This document shows positions 1 through 12,802 of a DNA stretch of 64,000 bases, in pieces (within the stretch, counting starts at the first letter, position 1; each line of letters opens with the position of its first letter). Below the pieces are notes generated by a model that searched no databases, was not told where the DNA came from, and worked only from the letters and a program-made list of their open reading frames with translations. A program made the position numbers and the translations under genes. The DNA comes from the human T2T-CHM13v2.0 reference genome, Homo sapiens, in NCBI RefSeq assembly GCF_009914755.1, contig NC_060930.1; one strand, written 5' to 3'.

Positions 1-569
1 TATTCTATATTTTATTAAGAGCATATAAATTTAGAATGATAATATTTTCCTGGTGAATAAAACATTTTATCATTATACAATGTGCCTTTCTGTTTCTAGC
101 AATGTTTTTAACTTAAAATCTACTTTGTTATATATTAGTGTAGCTTCATCTACTTTCTCCTACATCTCTTTATTTTGAGGGATGCATGTCTAATTATAAT
201 ATATCTCTATGTCTAATTATAGTATATCATTTGTAAGCAACTTCTAGGTAGAAGTTATTTGACCTTTTTATTCAGTCTGACAAGCTTTGTCTTTTAGAAT
301 TGCAGTATATAGTTTATTTACATTTAATCAAAATACCAATAAATATTGGCTTAAATTCACCATATTTTTATTTGGTTTATAGTTGTACACATCCTATGTT
401 CCTTTTTCTCTCCTGTCTTCCCTTTTAAAATATTTCTTCATCATTTTATTTCCCATTTATTAGATTATTTAAATTATATTACTATTCTTTTAGTGTTTAC
501 TCATAAAATTAGAATGTGACTTCTTGATTTATTAAACTCTAATGAAAATTAATACTGTTAAAGAATGAA

Positions 570-690
570 AATGTAATTTATCATTCAACACAGGACACTT
601 TGAGAGTGAAACGGCACCCTATCATTAATTATGTCTGATAAGAGGCCTAATGCAAACCAGAACTTACAGTCAGCCCATATGTTTACCACT
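570..690 (-). mobile_element. MER94-like hAT-Blackjack MITE
   Basis: caggacactttgagagtgaaacggcaccctatcattaattatg matches recalled MER94 core. Confidence 0.6.
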
Positions 691-1440
691 TTCCAGGCAA
701 TACACGAACCATAGAACACAATTACTCTCTTTATCCTCCTCCTGATTTATGTGTTATATTGTTGTGTATTTTAATTCTAAATATATTTGAAACCTAAAAC
801 ACATTATTATTGTTTTGTATAGTGAATATTTATTTATATTTACAAATATATTTACTGAATCTCCAGACAAATCTGTGATTATTTTCCTTTTGCCTAGAGA
901 ACATTCTCAAGTGTTTATTTTGGTGTAGCATGGATAGAGATAATTTCTTGGAATAATTTTGTGAAAAAAATTTTTATTTTCTAAAATATATTTCCACTGA
1001 ATATAAAATTATAGTTTGGAAATAATTTTCTTTCAGTGCTTTCAAGATATCATTCTATTAACTTCTAGTTTCCATCATTTATCGTAAGTCAGCTGTCATT
1101 CTTGTTATTCTTTTTTGAGATTTAATACACCTTTTTATTCTGATTCTTTAATATGAATGTCTTTGTCTTTTGCTCGCAGCAGTTTTTCTATAATGTGCCT
1201 ACATGTGATTTCCTTTATATTTACCATGCTTAGAGTTTTAGAACTTCTCAAAACCATAGCTCAATACATTTCTTCAGTTTTTTAAAATTCTCTATCATTA
1301 TTTCTTCAAATTTTTATTGTTGTCATTTATTATTTTTCATAATTTCCATTTATCTGCTAAAATTCTCCATCTTGTCTTTGAATTGTACAAACACATAGTC
1401 ATTTTGAAGTGTGCCATATAACTTAATTTTCTGGATAACC

Positions 1441-1951
1441 TGTGTGTTAGGTATCATGATGAATCCCCAAAGATGTCCACATCTAACTTGAAACCCGTGT
1501 ATATGTTAGGTTACAAAGAAAATGGGAATTAAGATTCAGATGTAATTTAGTTTATGAATAAGCTAATTTTAAGCTCGAAAGATTATTCTGGATTATCCTG
1601 AAGGGTTTAATACAATCATAAATGCCCTTATCAGTAAAAAAGGAAATAGAAGAGGCAGAACCAGAGATTTGCAGTGTCAGAAATATTCTGCCTGAGGTTG
1701 CTGGCTGTAAAACACGGAGGAATGGAGCCATTAGTTATGAAATTCAGATAGTCTCCAACATCTGGAAAAGCAAAAGATATGTGTTCTCTTCTAGAGCCTC
1801 CAGAAATAACACAATCCTGCTGATACTGAGTTTAGCCCAGTGAGACTCATTTCAGACTTCTGTCCTCAAGGACTGTAGTTCCTAAGTTCACATTGTCACT
1901 AAGTTTATGATAATTTGTTACCACATCCATACATCCACAGAAAACCAGTAC
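1441..1951 (+). mobile_element. MLT1D-like MaLR solo LTR
   Basis: tg...ca termini; ccccaaagatgtccac, gattattctggattatcc, ctagagcctccaga, cactaagtttatgataatttgtta. Confidence 0.8.
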
Positions 1952-2660
1952 ACCTTGTAAGTCTATTTCTCCTGTCTTTTTTTTTCTTTTATTTTAGTCA
2001 AATGTTGTCTTCCTATAAACTTAGGAAGACATTTTTGTTTAAGTACCTGGCATTGTGTATAAAAAATGTACAAATAATTTGAAGCTCCAGCAGGGATTAA
2101 CTTTTGCTTTTAGCAGGCAGCTAAGGGCAGATCACCTTAGTCCAATCAATGATTAAGCTGATTCAAAAGTGAGCTTCAATTTTTGTTTAGGTTGCTTTAT
2201 TTCAGGTTCATCTTTTCCTATTTGTCAACTATAATCCTGCATTTAACAAGAGATCCTTCTGTTTGGTAGGTTTTGACTTTAATTTCCATACCTCCAGTGC
2301 TCTGCTCAGCTTTGCAACTCCTCAGCTAAAAGTTTGGAATTGATAACAGCCTCAAGAAGAAAATCAGCACCAAATGTCAACTCACTATTCATGGCTTCCT
2401 TGCTCTTTCAGGTCTTGTTTTCGTAAATTCTCACTGCTTTGGTAGCATTCTGTTACTATTAAAAACTATTTCTTTAAATATTATGTCCAACTTTTATGAT
2501 TGTTCTCAGCAGAAAAGTTGTTCCAAACAACCCAGTCCTCCATTTTCTGTAGGTTTATTCTAGTGCTGCCTCTTATGTGGAGGTGAAGACTCAGAGTAGA
2601 AAGTGTAATCAGAGGCCTCATTTTCAACTTTCTTGCTGGTATAGAAATATACTGAACATT

Positions 2661-2841
2661 AGAGATGTGTTGGTTAATGGTTGACAACCAGCTAAACATC
2701 TGTATTTCCTTTTTTTGTGGCATAAATCTCCCATCATAATTAACTTGGAGCTACCTTCATTGTTTTACTGAATTTGAAGTTTGGAAGAAATTTGCACAGT
2801 TTGCTCTCAGGAACCAATGTAAGCCAGATCAAACACATCTC
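2661..2841. mobile_element. MER63-like hAT element
   Basis: Imperfect terminal inverted repeats gagatgtgtt...aacacatctc and gacaaccagct motif. Confidence 0.45.
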
Positions 2842-2934
2842 ATGTCTGGAGGACAAAATAAAATTGTTATAATGAGTATGGAAGCACCCTTGTGCTAGCC
2901 TTACTATTTTATTTTTGAAAACCTTATTTTAAAT

Positions 2935-3250
2935 ACATTACTCATGTTCCTCAATTACTAACTGAACATATATCTCATAAGCCAGTGAATGCTGGGTTCC
3001 CGACCCGTAGTGTCAATGATGTAATAGTGAGCAAATGAGACAGCACACCTCTTCTTAGGACTTACTTAAGTGGCTCAACCAAGGTTAAACACCCAAATAA
3101 ATTATTAATTGTACATTGTGATAAGCACTATGAAGTAAAAGATAGGGTGCAATAATGGAGATTCAATTTAAGCAAGGGGACTAAGGAAGGACTTGATTTT
3201 AAAATGACACTGAAACTGTGACCTGAAGGATGAGGTGTCAATCAGGCTGA
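2935..3250 (-). mobile_element. L2 fragment
   Basis: Antisense L2 3' region (gtgacctgaaggatgag etc.). Confidence 0.5.
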
Positions 3251-3964
3251 GTGGAACGAATTTACTCACCATCATTAAAATGCCATCTGTCAAACTGTTT
3301 ACCTTCTGGAGAAAAATAGCATAGGTAAACTTTTACTTTTACATGAGAATTTTCAAATTATTGACAGAAATTATTATATTCCAACTTTTAATTTTTAATG
3401 TAAATAGCTGTGCCATGGCCCACTCCTTTCTTCAATCTGATGTCTCCAAAATGTTTTTTTTTTAATTTTTTAACTTAGTGCTCTCCCCTAAAATCTTTAT
3501 ATACTTGCCAATGTTTCCTATAAATTGAATTTCTAGAATCCTACACAATGGACTATATATCTTCTGATCAGTGCTGAAGACAGTGAAACTTTTATCTTTA
3601 TTATTTTGGGACAAAATTCTATAATTATATTTACTGCATTCCTGAATATCTACAGTATGATGACAATATCACTAATAATGTCTCCAAAGTCTGCAAGAAC
3701 CTAAAATGCCTTCCCAATGATAGAAATAAGACTTAATTATGCTCTTATTAGTTTTAATATTAGACTACAGTTTGTTGTACTGTTATTCTTAAAATTGCTA
3801 ACATACTTCAGATAGTAGTTATTTTTTATAAATGCAAATAGTTGATTGATCATTACATCCATTCACAACTCCTCCTGTCTTTTATGTTTGAGATGTTAAC
3901 GTACTAATGCATAGCAACTTGCTGTGTTGATTAATAATGTAGGATAAAAAGGGTGTAGTTAACT

Positions 3965-4164
3965 CAGTAGTTTTCAACCACAAGTAGTTCTCCCAATTTG
4001 GCAATATCCAGGGATATTTTTGATTGTCATCCCAGGGACTGTACAACTGGTGTCTGCTGGGTAGAGGCCAGAGATGCTGCTAAGCAGCCTACAATATGCA
4101 GGATAGGCCCTTACTACAAAGGATTATTTGTCCAAAACAAAAGTGCTAGGTTTAAGAAACCCTG
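3965..4164 (+). mobile_element. MER20 (hAT-Charlie)
   Basis: cagtagttttcaacc...gggtagaggccagagatgctgctaa...aagaaaccctg. Confidence 0.85.
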
Positions 4165-4445
4165 AATTAACTACAATAATTTATGGACCAATATTTATAT
4201 CTGGATGATTTAACTATGATACCTATTTAAATTTTAAGTAGTAAGCTATGGTTACATATTACAGAATAGCCCCTTACCACAAAGGATTATGTTGTCCAAA
4301 AAAAAAGTGCTAGGTTTAAGAAACCCTGAATTAACTAGAACGATTTATCGGTCAATATTTATATCTGGATGATTTAACTATGTTACCTATTTAAATTTTA
4401 AGTAGTAAGCTACATATTATTAAGTAGTAAGCTATGGTTACATAG
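4099..4445. repeat. ~163-bp tandem duplication (2 copies) with a nested ~21-bp duplication
   Basis: 4099-4261 and 4262-4445 align nearly end to end. Confidence 0.9.
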
Positions 4446-5299
4446 TACATATTCTGGTTCATATTACTTCACACATTTTTGTATGCTGCTTTGGTCCAAA
4501 AGAACTTCCATTTATCATTGACAATGCAAGGCATATAGATCCCATTTCTGTAAATAGAGATCTCTCATAAATACTCTGTGAGTTTTAAAAGTGAATGTCA
4601 ATCACGAAAATTCAAAGTTAATTATACACTTTTTAAAATCATGTTCATTTCATCATTTATTTTCAATAGATTTTGTGCTATTTTCTGGCTAAGGTGCCCC
4701 TTTCCATTGCAAATTGTTTACCTCAAGGGAAGGAATTTGATAGTGTATCCAGTTAGACTCCTGCCACACTAAATGTTTCATTGCAATCTTTGGTTTAAGC
4801 CTTTATTATCTCCTTGTTATAAGGGTAGATTTTAAGACAAAATGCTACATCCATGGAGACATGGAGATTTAGGTAACATCCAGATTCAATTAAATGGCAC
4901 TGGAGGTATTAGAGACACAGGTAGAACACAGTGAACACTTACGATGGAGAATTCATGATGATCCAAGGCATCATAGACATTTTGTACTTTGAATTTGAAA
5001 GCAATTATATCTACCTAAATTTCCTCAGTAAGTGCAACAACATTCAAATACTCCATCTTTTATACTTTCAAGCACACATGCTTAGCTGGCAGAAAAAAAA
5101 ACTTTCTGAGTTTTTCAGTCTGTAACCCTGAACTCTGTAGAGATCACTGAACTGATATGCAGTCTTTCAGAGGCCAGTGTTGGTGACCAAAGATCATGTG
5201 TAGCTCAGTTCTGTGATGACTGCTCTTACTTATTCTCTATTTGCATCGTGGATAAACTTCACTTTGCAATGCATGTCTGCCAGCTGCATGGCTGACCTG

Positions 5300-5710
5300 C
5301 ATAATAATGGCAATGGGAGATCAATGGAATGAATGATGCAAAATTGATCTACTGATACGTTCAAAAATTCTGACACAGAATTGATTCATGGGACAGTAAT
5401 GCTTCTAAGGCTCAAGACACATTTTCTAGATCTTTATTTTATGATGACCTAGCAGCCAATGAAACTGCTTAGACTGTAGTATCTGATTCAAATTTGCTCA
5501 TCACTTTATACTGAAGATAAAATCACGACACATTTAATAGAAATGATAAGGCATACTTTCTGCCAAACTATAAAGAATTGTTGAATGCTTGAAAATATGA
5601 CCCAGTTTATTGACCAGAATCTCAAGTGGCAAATGGAAGACACCTGGGACAAGTTAAACATTAGCTCCATGACAACAGGAGCATTACTCTGTGCACAGAT
5701 GTACCACTGG
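5300..5710 (+). mobile_element. Ancient RTE-clade LINE (L4-like) endonuclease/linker fossil
   Basis: Frameshifted translation NNGNGR..TDTF, SDSNLLI (cf. SDHxLL), EDTWDKLN (cf. the post-EN linker ExxWxxLK). Confidence 0.35.
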
Positions 5711-7203
5711 GCCTATCAAGCCTGACATATAGCAAGTTCTCAATAACTACTGAAGGACTGCATGAATATAGTTATTTTAATGGGCATAGCCCTATCTTTC
5801 ATTTAATACATGTTTATTCTAGTTCCTAAACGAATGTTGTTTATTGGTTTCTTTTTCACTGTAATGTCTCACAATATCTAGTACTATTCCCATGTTCAAT
5901 TGATAGTAATTAAATATCAAAGACTATATGACAATGTGACAGGTTTTCCTCTCATAAAAAATGCTATTAGCCTAGATTTTTCTTTTGAAAACAAACATAA
6001 TACCAGCTATGCCTGTAGCTACTCATAAGCATAAACATAGTATAAAAAGGCCTTTGAACCATCTTCCATTGTCACTATCCCTTTTATGACTGAAAACCTC
6101 TTCATCTTCTAAAACTGATGAGCTGAATTTTATTAAGAGAGATTTGTGGCAAGTCTCAGGAAGATTTGTGTAATATTCTCTCCTGTACGAAGAAAAGATC
6201 CTCCCATTCATCATCAATGGTTGATCAGAAGCGCTGTTTTAACAACATTTCTGATGATGAATGAGTATATCCTTCTTTCATATTAAAACAAATATTAAAA
6301 AAGCCATCTTCTTGAATCATGAAAGAAATCTTTCAATGCAGTTTAATCATGAAGGGTAGAAGTGAGATCAGCAGAGGAAGCCTGTGTATGGAAGGAGGTG
6401 GCCCTCTCTGCTATCTCAATTTCACCATTCTATGATTAGCAGAGGAAAGGCTAAATCCCAATTCTGTGGTAGACTAACACGTTAATAATACTAATCTTAA
6501 ATGTATATCTCCGTGTCATATATATTAGGAAACAAGATGGAGACATTAAGCCCCAGTTAATAATCTTCATATGAAAGAATACCCCCAGGAAACATCACAC
6601 ACTCATTCCACTTTACAACTATTTAGTTCACAGGTATTGCAATTGCTGTTAAATCCTTTTTGACTTATTTAAGCTTCAGGGCAGTATGCAAAAAAATGCA
6701 TTTTTTTAAAAGCTGGGACTTGATCATGATTAGCTCTTTTATTACATGATTGAGGAAGGATATATGGCTGGCCACAGAATGCTACTTAATGACTCTGAAC
6801 ATTTTACACAGTCTGCATAAATGTCATTTTGAAATAGCTGTAACAATAGTGCTTCACTCACTAGCTTGGGCCCTTAAAGCATTTCCATTAAACATCTCAT
6901 TCTAAAAGAAAAAAAGTCAAGTTATTTTAAATCTCACTAGGCTACAATTAAGATGATGATTTCTTCTCAGTGCAAAATATTAGCTGGAGTTTAGGGGTAA
7001 ATTAAAACACAGACATAAGTTTCTCAATACTTTATCTCTTTTTAAAATCTGTTTTTTACTTAGAAAAGAATTTATCAGCATTTAATAGGCATATCGTGTG
7101 TAAAATGTGGTTGTTATGCCAACAAATGTAGATGTTTAGAATTAGAATTTTATCACTTCAGATGCACTGATATGGCAATAATAGAAAATTCTAACAGAGA
7201 AAT

Positions 7204-7797
7204 CACCCTTTATTTGCAAGGGAATATGTTTCAAGACTCCTGGGGAATGCCTGAAACTGTGAATATTGCCAAATCCTATATGTGTTATTTTTTCTTGTAC
7301 ATACATACATATAATAAAGTATAATTTATAAATTAGGCACAGTAAGAGATTAACAAAAATAACATAATAAAATAGAGCAATTACAACAATATATCATAAT
7401 GAGTTTTGTGAATGTTCTCTCTCTCAAAATATATTATTGTACTGTACCCACCCTTTTTCTTGTGATAATGTGAGATTATAAAATTTCTACATGATGAGTT
7501 GAAGTAAGGTGAATGATGTAAGCATTATAATGTAGTGTTAGGTTACTATTGACCTTGAACATAAGTACTACTGTACTATAGCAATCAATCTGATAACTAA
7601 GATGGCTACTAAGCACTCATGGGCAGGGTTAGCACATACAGCATGGATATGCTAGACAAAGGGAGGATTGTCTCAGAATGGCATGCAATGTAAAACTTAT
7701 AAATTATTTATTTCTGAAATTTTTTATTTAATATTTTTGGACTATGGGTGACCACAGAGAAGTGGAAAGTGAAACTGTGGATAAGGGGGGACTATTA
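7204..7797 (+). mobile_element. MER44 (Tigger7-derived)
   Basis: aatttataaattaggcacagtaagagattaac; terminus gaaactgtggataaggggggacta. Confidence 0.85.
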
Positions 7798-7812
7798 TAC
7801 TGGCCTAATGTA

Positions 7813-8055
7813 GAAGTTGGCATACTTCTCCTGCAAAGAGCCAGATAGTAAATATGTTAAGCTTTGCAATCCATAACTACTGTATCTGTCACAACCACTC
7901 AATTATACCATTCATAACTATCAACTCTGTTACTGTAGTGCAAGGAGCTATTATGCAATACATAAATAAATACGGTGACCCTGCTCCAATAAAATTTTAT
8001 TAACAAAAATGGGTGGTAGGTTGGATTTGGCCTGCAGATTGTTTGTCACCCCATG
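7813..8055 (+). mobile_element. MER58A (hAT-Charlie)
   Basis: gagccagatagtaaatat...ccaataaaatttt...ggatttggcctgcag. Confidence 0.8.
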
Positions 8056-8084
8056 ATTTAATCAACAAGGACCTATACTGTTTA

Positions 8085-8535
8085 TTCAAAGTGAAATTTA
8101 GAGGCTGGCAGTCAGGGGTTGATTCAACAACTTTAAGAGTCTGAGCAGCGGGTCTTATTCCCTCTGCTACTCTAGGCCTACTTCACGTAATTCCAAGATG
8201 ACAGCTATAGCTCCAAATACTTGGTCCACTTCTAAACAAGAAGCATGAGTATTTTCAGGGCAATGAGAATGAGTCTTCCTCACATGCTTCCCTTCTTTGA
8301 TAAGGAAAAAAAAAATGTCACAGAAGTTTCTCGTACTTCCCCTTTTATCTCAGTCAGTCTGGTCATATGCCTACTCCTAGGCCAATTGTTGCCAAAAGGG
8401 AATGAGGTTGGCATAATTAAATGAACGCAGTTTATTCTTTGGGGCTGATCTTATTGCCATTGAAAAAGATGGCAGTTATGATACACAGATGAAGATAGAA
8501 TGGCCCATTGTGTATGCAATCAATACTATGCCACA
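8085..8535 (-). mobile_element. Old MaLR LTR (MLT1J/K-like)
   Basis: ccaagatgacagctatagctcca, ggtcatatgcctactcct, ...tgccaca terminus. Confidence 0.5.
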
Positions 8536-10160
8536 CAAACAGTACTGAGATTTTAGTTGTTTTGGTTTGTTTAATTGGTTAAAGTATGATATCTTTACAA
8601 TGTTTCAGATTTTATTTTGATTCATTTGTGGAATAATTAAAAATGACCCCATAGCTATCCTTTGGGTCTTTTGACCTCTCCGTTAAAGTTCTATGCATGA
8701 TCTTAGGCTGCAAAGATTTTAGGCAGATAATTTTATTTTGCTGGTGATTTATCTATCTGAAAATTTGCAGGGAAAGGTGGGAAAGTATTACTGTAGATCC
8801 TGATAAATGGAATAAAAAAAAAGCCTAAACTTTTTAGAGCTACATTCTCAAAACAAATTCTCTAAGCTTAAACAAGTATAAATTGGAAAATCTAAGTACA
8901 GAGACTGAATTCTGGTCCCAAGAAAAGTCACAGTTGAAGATGTATATCAGCCCCATAGGACTATAAGTTGTTTCCCTACAGGACTGTGGTTGTATATGAC
9001 AGTCAGCAAAGTGGAATCCAGGGGACCATTTATGACATATAGTCTCCAGTGAGGGAGGCTTATCTAAAAGAAGTGAAGTCAGGTACCCAGGAGTAGTCAA
9101 AACAAATTCTTTACTCTTAAAATGATTGTTTCTTCTAAACAGGACATGACCCCTTACTTGAGTTTATTCCCCAACTTGTACTGCCTCAAGAAGAGTACTG
9201 CAGTACTCAATTAAACTGCTTGCTGGACAACAGAGGAAATGGTTTCCAGTGGATTGCAGGCCACTGGAAGAAATAGTAAGACACAACTTCATAGCTGTTT
9301 TAGACCTTGGCAGCAGAAATAAACCTGGAGCAGAGGAGAAGAGAAATGTGTAAGCCTCATAAAACTAATTTGTGAGTACATATGTGGCATTTCCTAAGAA
9401 CTCTGAAAAAAGGTGGGAGGCTCTATAGGAATTGAAAATGACACCAAAATGCTGCTTTTCAAAGTTAATGAAGTAAGATAATATTAATGTGTTTAGAACA
9501 AGCACAAGTTGTCAGCATAAATGGAGCTTAAAAAAGAGAGATTTTCCCATTCATCCCCTTTTTGCCTTCTAATGATCTGCTTATATAATTCCAACATGAC
9601 TGGTTAAAACTATTTTCAAATAAGTCAAATTATTAATTACTGTTGATATATGCAACCCAGAATAGAGAGTTTTCCAACTATTAAATCTTACCCCAACATA
9701 GATTTGAGGGAGATTGAAACATCTTCCTTCCCAAAAATATTTTGGCCTGGTCTTGTCAGTAGCTGGAATTCTTAAGCCTATCCACAAATATTAACTGCTG
9801 CATCCTTTAGTTGCAAGGGCCTGCATGGTCTGGTCATTCTTATCTTATTACAAACCCCACTGGGCTAAGGTATTGAAGACCTGTGTTAAAATGCAAAAGC
9901 TACCAGGAAGAGATAAGACATTAAGCAATTACATGCGATTAGAACCTTAACTCATCAGATTAGTCTCAATCACTTAGAAAGACCCTTGAGAGAACCAAGC
10001 ATGGGTAAATAACAAATGAATTTTGATGGGGTAGTAAATGGATAATATATATCTAAGAAAACAAATAGGAATGAAGCACTTCATCTCTGAGAAATGAAGT
10101 TTATAGAATTGGCAGAAAATATACTTCTATGTCATTGATCTTTCTGTTTTTGCCCTATTT

Positions 10161-10279
10161 CTACCTATATTTAACCAGAAATTCTAGTAACATCTTTCTT
10201 ATTTTCTAACATACATATTTTATCTATATTTACCCAGAAATTCCAGGAACTTCTTTCTTATTTTCTAACATACATATGC
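10161..10279. repeat. ~59-bp tandem duplication (2 copies)
   Basis: ctatatttaMccagaaattcYagKaacWtctttcttattttctaacatacatat occurs twice. Confidence 0.85.
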
Positions 10280-11719
10280 ACACATGTATGCCCACAGTTA
10301 GGCCAGAGTATGCTATTGAAACATTTCATTTTAAGAAACGCAGAAACTGGAGGTCAATTCAACTTAGAGTTTTTCTAGTTGTAATATAATAGCTATCATT
10401 TACTGAATGCTTAGAATGTAATGGACTTTGTGATAAATGGTTTAAGTGAAAGAGCCAGAATTTTTCCATTTATCTGTCTGACTTTAAGGCAGGAGGATTT
10501 TTTAAAACTTATGCAATTTTTATAGTTGGGAAAAAAAAAACAAGAATCAGAAAATCTGAAAGCCTTTGCAGGCTGCATTCCTGCCAGAACCAAGTAATAG
10601 CACTTTACTTAGAAAGGCAAACATTCTCCTGTTTGCCACACTTAGCTGGCTGCCTTCATTTAGGTCACTTGCTTCCACTAGAGGCAGAAACATGTCAATT
10701 TCCATAATATCCAGTCCTGCTATACTGCCTCATATTAACTTATGACACAAAACTTATGATTCTATGTTAATTTAAAATACCATAAGCTTACAAATGAATA
10801 GCACTAAAAAGTATTCAAAAGTATTATCAGATGATAAACAAAATGACTCTAGTCTATTATTATAACTTCTTGGGAAGTAAAACCTATATAAGGGTAGTAA
10901 AGTTATTCTCAAGTATTAGTACTAAAGGTTTTTTTAAAAGAAGCATAAAAAACAGAAAAGTTATATCAAGGTAAATAATTTTACCACCCAGTATCATTTC
11001 ATAGACATTAGTAGTCTACAAAATTGCATCAAGTTTTATAAAGCCATCAGAATGAAGAGATTTAATTCTTCACAACATATTGCTGCCCACTTATAAATTT
11101 TTGTGATATCCAGAATTACTAAAGTTCATTTTAAAATATGCATATTTTAAAATTGCATATATGTTAAAATTTAGAAACAAAATATTACATGTCCAATACA
11201 TATAATATGTTAAACTGATAACATTTTGGTATACAACAAGAGCAAAATCATTAAGTCATACCATTAGAAAAACAGAAATTCTAATCAGAAGTACACAGAG
11301 TAATACAGCAGTCAAATTCCAGTTCTTAGGGGTGATTATTTGCTAACAATAAATGATAGTACTGTGTGTGTCAATAGTCATTGAGACGGGTTACACAGCA
11401 TGAAAACAGCTGTTAAGTCAGTTCAATAAGAGATAAAAATCAAACCAACTAGCTATCTGGCATCAGTTATTCAAATTAATCTATTGATTAAATTTATTCA
11501 CTGTTTCTAACATTTGCTTTGGTATATTGTAGTAAAAGTATAATTTCCTCAGTGGGATCTGGCTGAAGCTTCTCCCCATCATAAGCATGAGCCCAAAAAC
11601 CAACATAAAATTTATCAGAGAAGAAATGACCAAAGAAGTTACTGGCAGTTTCCTCAAAGACCAATTAATATTTAGTAAAGAAGTAATGAATTTTACTTGA
11701 GACTGCTCTAGCAAACATA

Positions 11720-11990
11720 TCATTCATTCATCCATCTGCTCATGTATTTATATAAAAATTATTGAGCACTTACTATGCTCCATTTCTGTGGTCCTCTCCC
11801 TCTTGGAGTTTATAGTCTGATGGAGAAAATAATATTAACCAAAGAATTAAAACATGAATCAAACTTTTATAAGCACCAAGAAACAAAATGACACTGATAA
11901 TGTACATAGGAGATCCCATTTATACTGGGAATTCTGAGAAGCTTATATGAGGAAATTACATTTGAGACCAAGTCTGATCCATAAGTAGGC
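11720..11990 (-). mobile_element. L2 3' fragment
   Basis: cattcattcatcc...attattgagcacttactatg. Confidence 0.6.
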
Positions 11991-12758
11991 TTTCTTGTCC
12001 CACTGAGGTTCATTCACACTAATAACTCCAATTTCACTTGCTATAACCCTCACTGGCATAATGGAGATCCTCTAGTCTGTACTACCCTAAAGTTTCACTG
12101 AGTCGTTTCTAGAACTCCCAGTAGTGTCTCAACTGAGTTATCCCTGAAGTCCTGTTTTCTGCTCTGACAAGCTGCACTGACACCCTTGCCAGAGGAAAAA
12201 ACCTTGAGAGATGCAACTCCTCAAGCAGATCTTTCTGAGAGAACATTCAATTCTATAAATGTTATGTACCAATTGTTTAGAAATGCAGTCTCAGCCCTAC
12301 CAGCACATTTCCGTGTACCTGACAACTTATGGATCCTCTAATATGGCCTGTGTCTCTCTGATCTCAGACACAGGTCTAGGGTGCTGGACCAGGGACAGGT
12401 GACCATTATCTGAGAAGGTCACATGTGCTGCTTCCACCTTCTCTTTTTTATTCTTCCCACTCCATCCCAGTTACCCAAAGAAACATCTCTTTTCTCCCTC
12501 CGCCTAAAGTATTCTGCTCCCCTAGGCCGGCTTGTCAACAGACAAACCTGGGTAGAGAACTAGCAAATTCAGATACGATACCAACTCAAAGAGAACATAA
12601 TTTGTCTATTATACTTTAATTAGTTACTAAATGTGAACATCCATTTAACCAACAGTTTCCTTAATTAGATATTGTATTTAACCCACATTTCTCATTTCCA
12701 TAGGTGACTCAATATTCTTTCCCGCTGGAATTGAGTCTTTTTTAATTTTCTGGCTCAC

Positions 12759-12763
<5 letters not shown>

Positions 12764-12800
<37 letters not shown>
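12764..12800. repeat. (TG)n microsatellite
   Basis: Direct. Confidence 0.95.

Positions 12801-12802
<2 letters not shown>

Larger units (their letters stand above)
1..2540 (-). mobile_element. Old L1M (L1ME/L1M5-like) 5' part: ORF2 endonuclease start, ORF1 and 5' region; interrupted by MER94 and MLT1D
   Basis: T-rich antisense L1 sequence; 1-160 resembles antisense EN region and 880-1300 antisense ORF1 C-terminus (ttcagtgctttcaagatatcattc...agtcagctgtc). Confidence 0.7.

Noticed and set aside
4943-5014. 72-nt in-frame minus-strand exon (VDIIAFKFKVQNVYDALDHHEFSI)
   Set aside because: Poor polypyrimidine tract, no recognisable protein and no partner coding exons.
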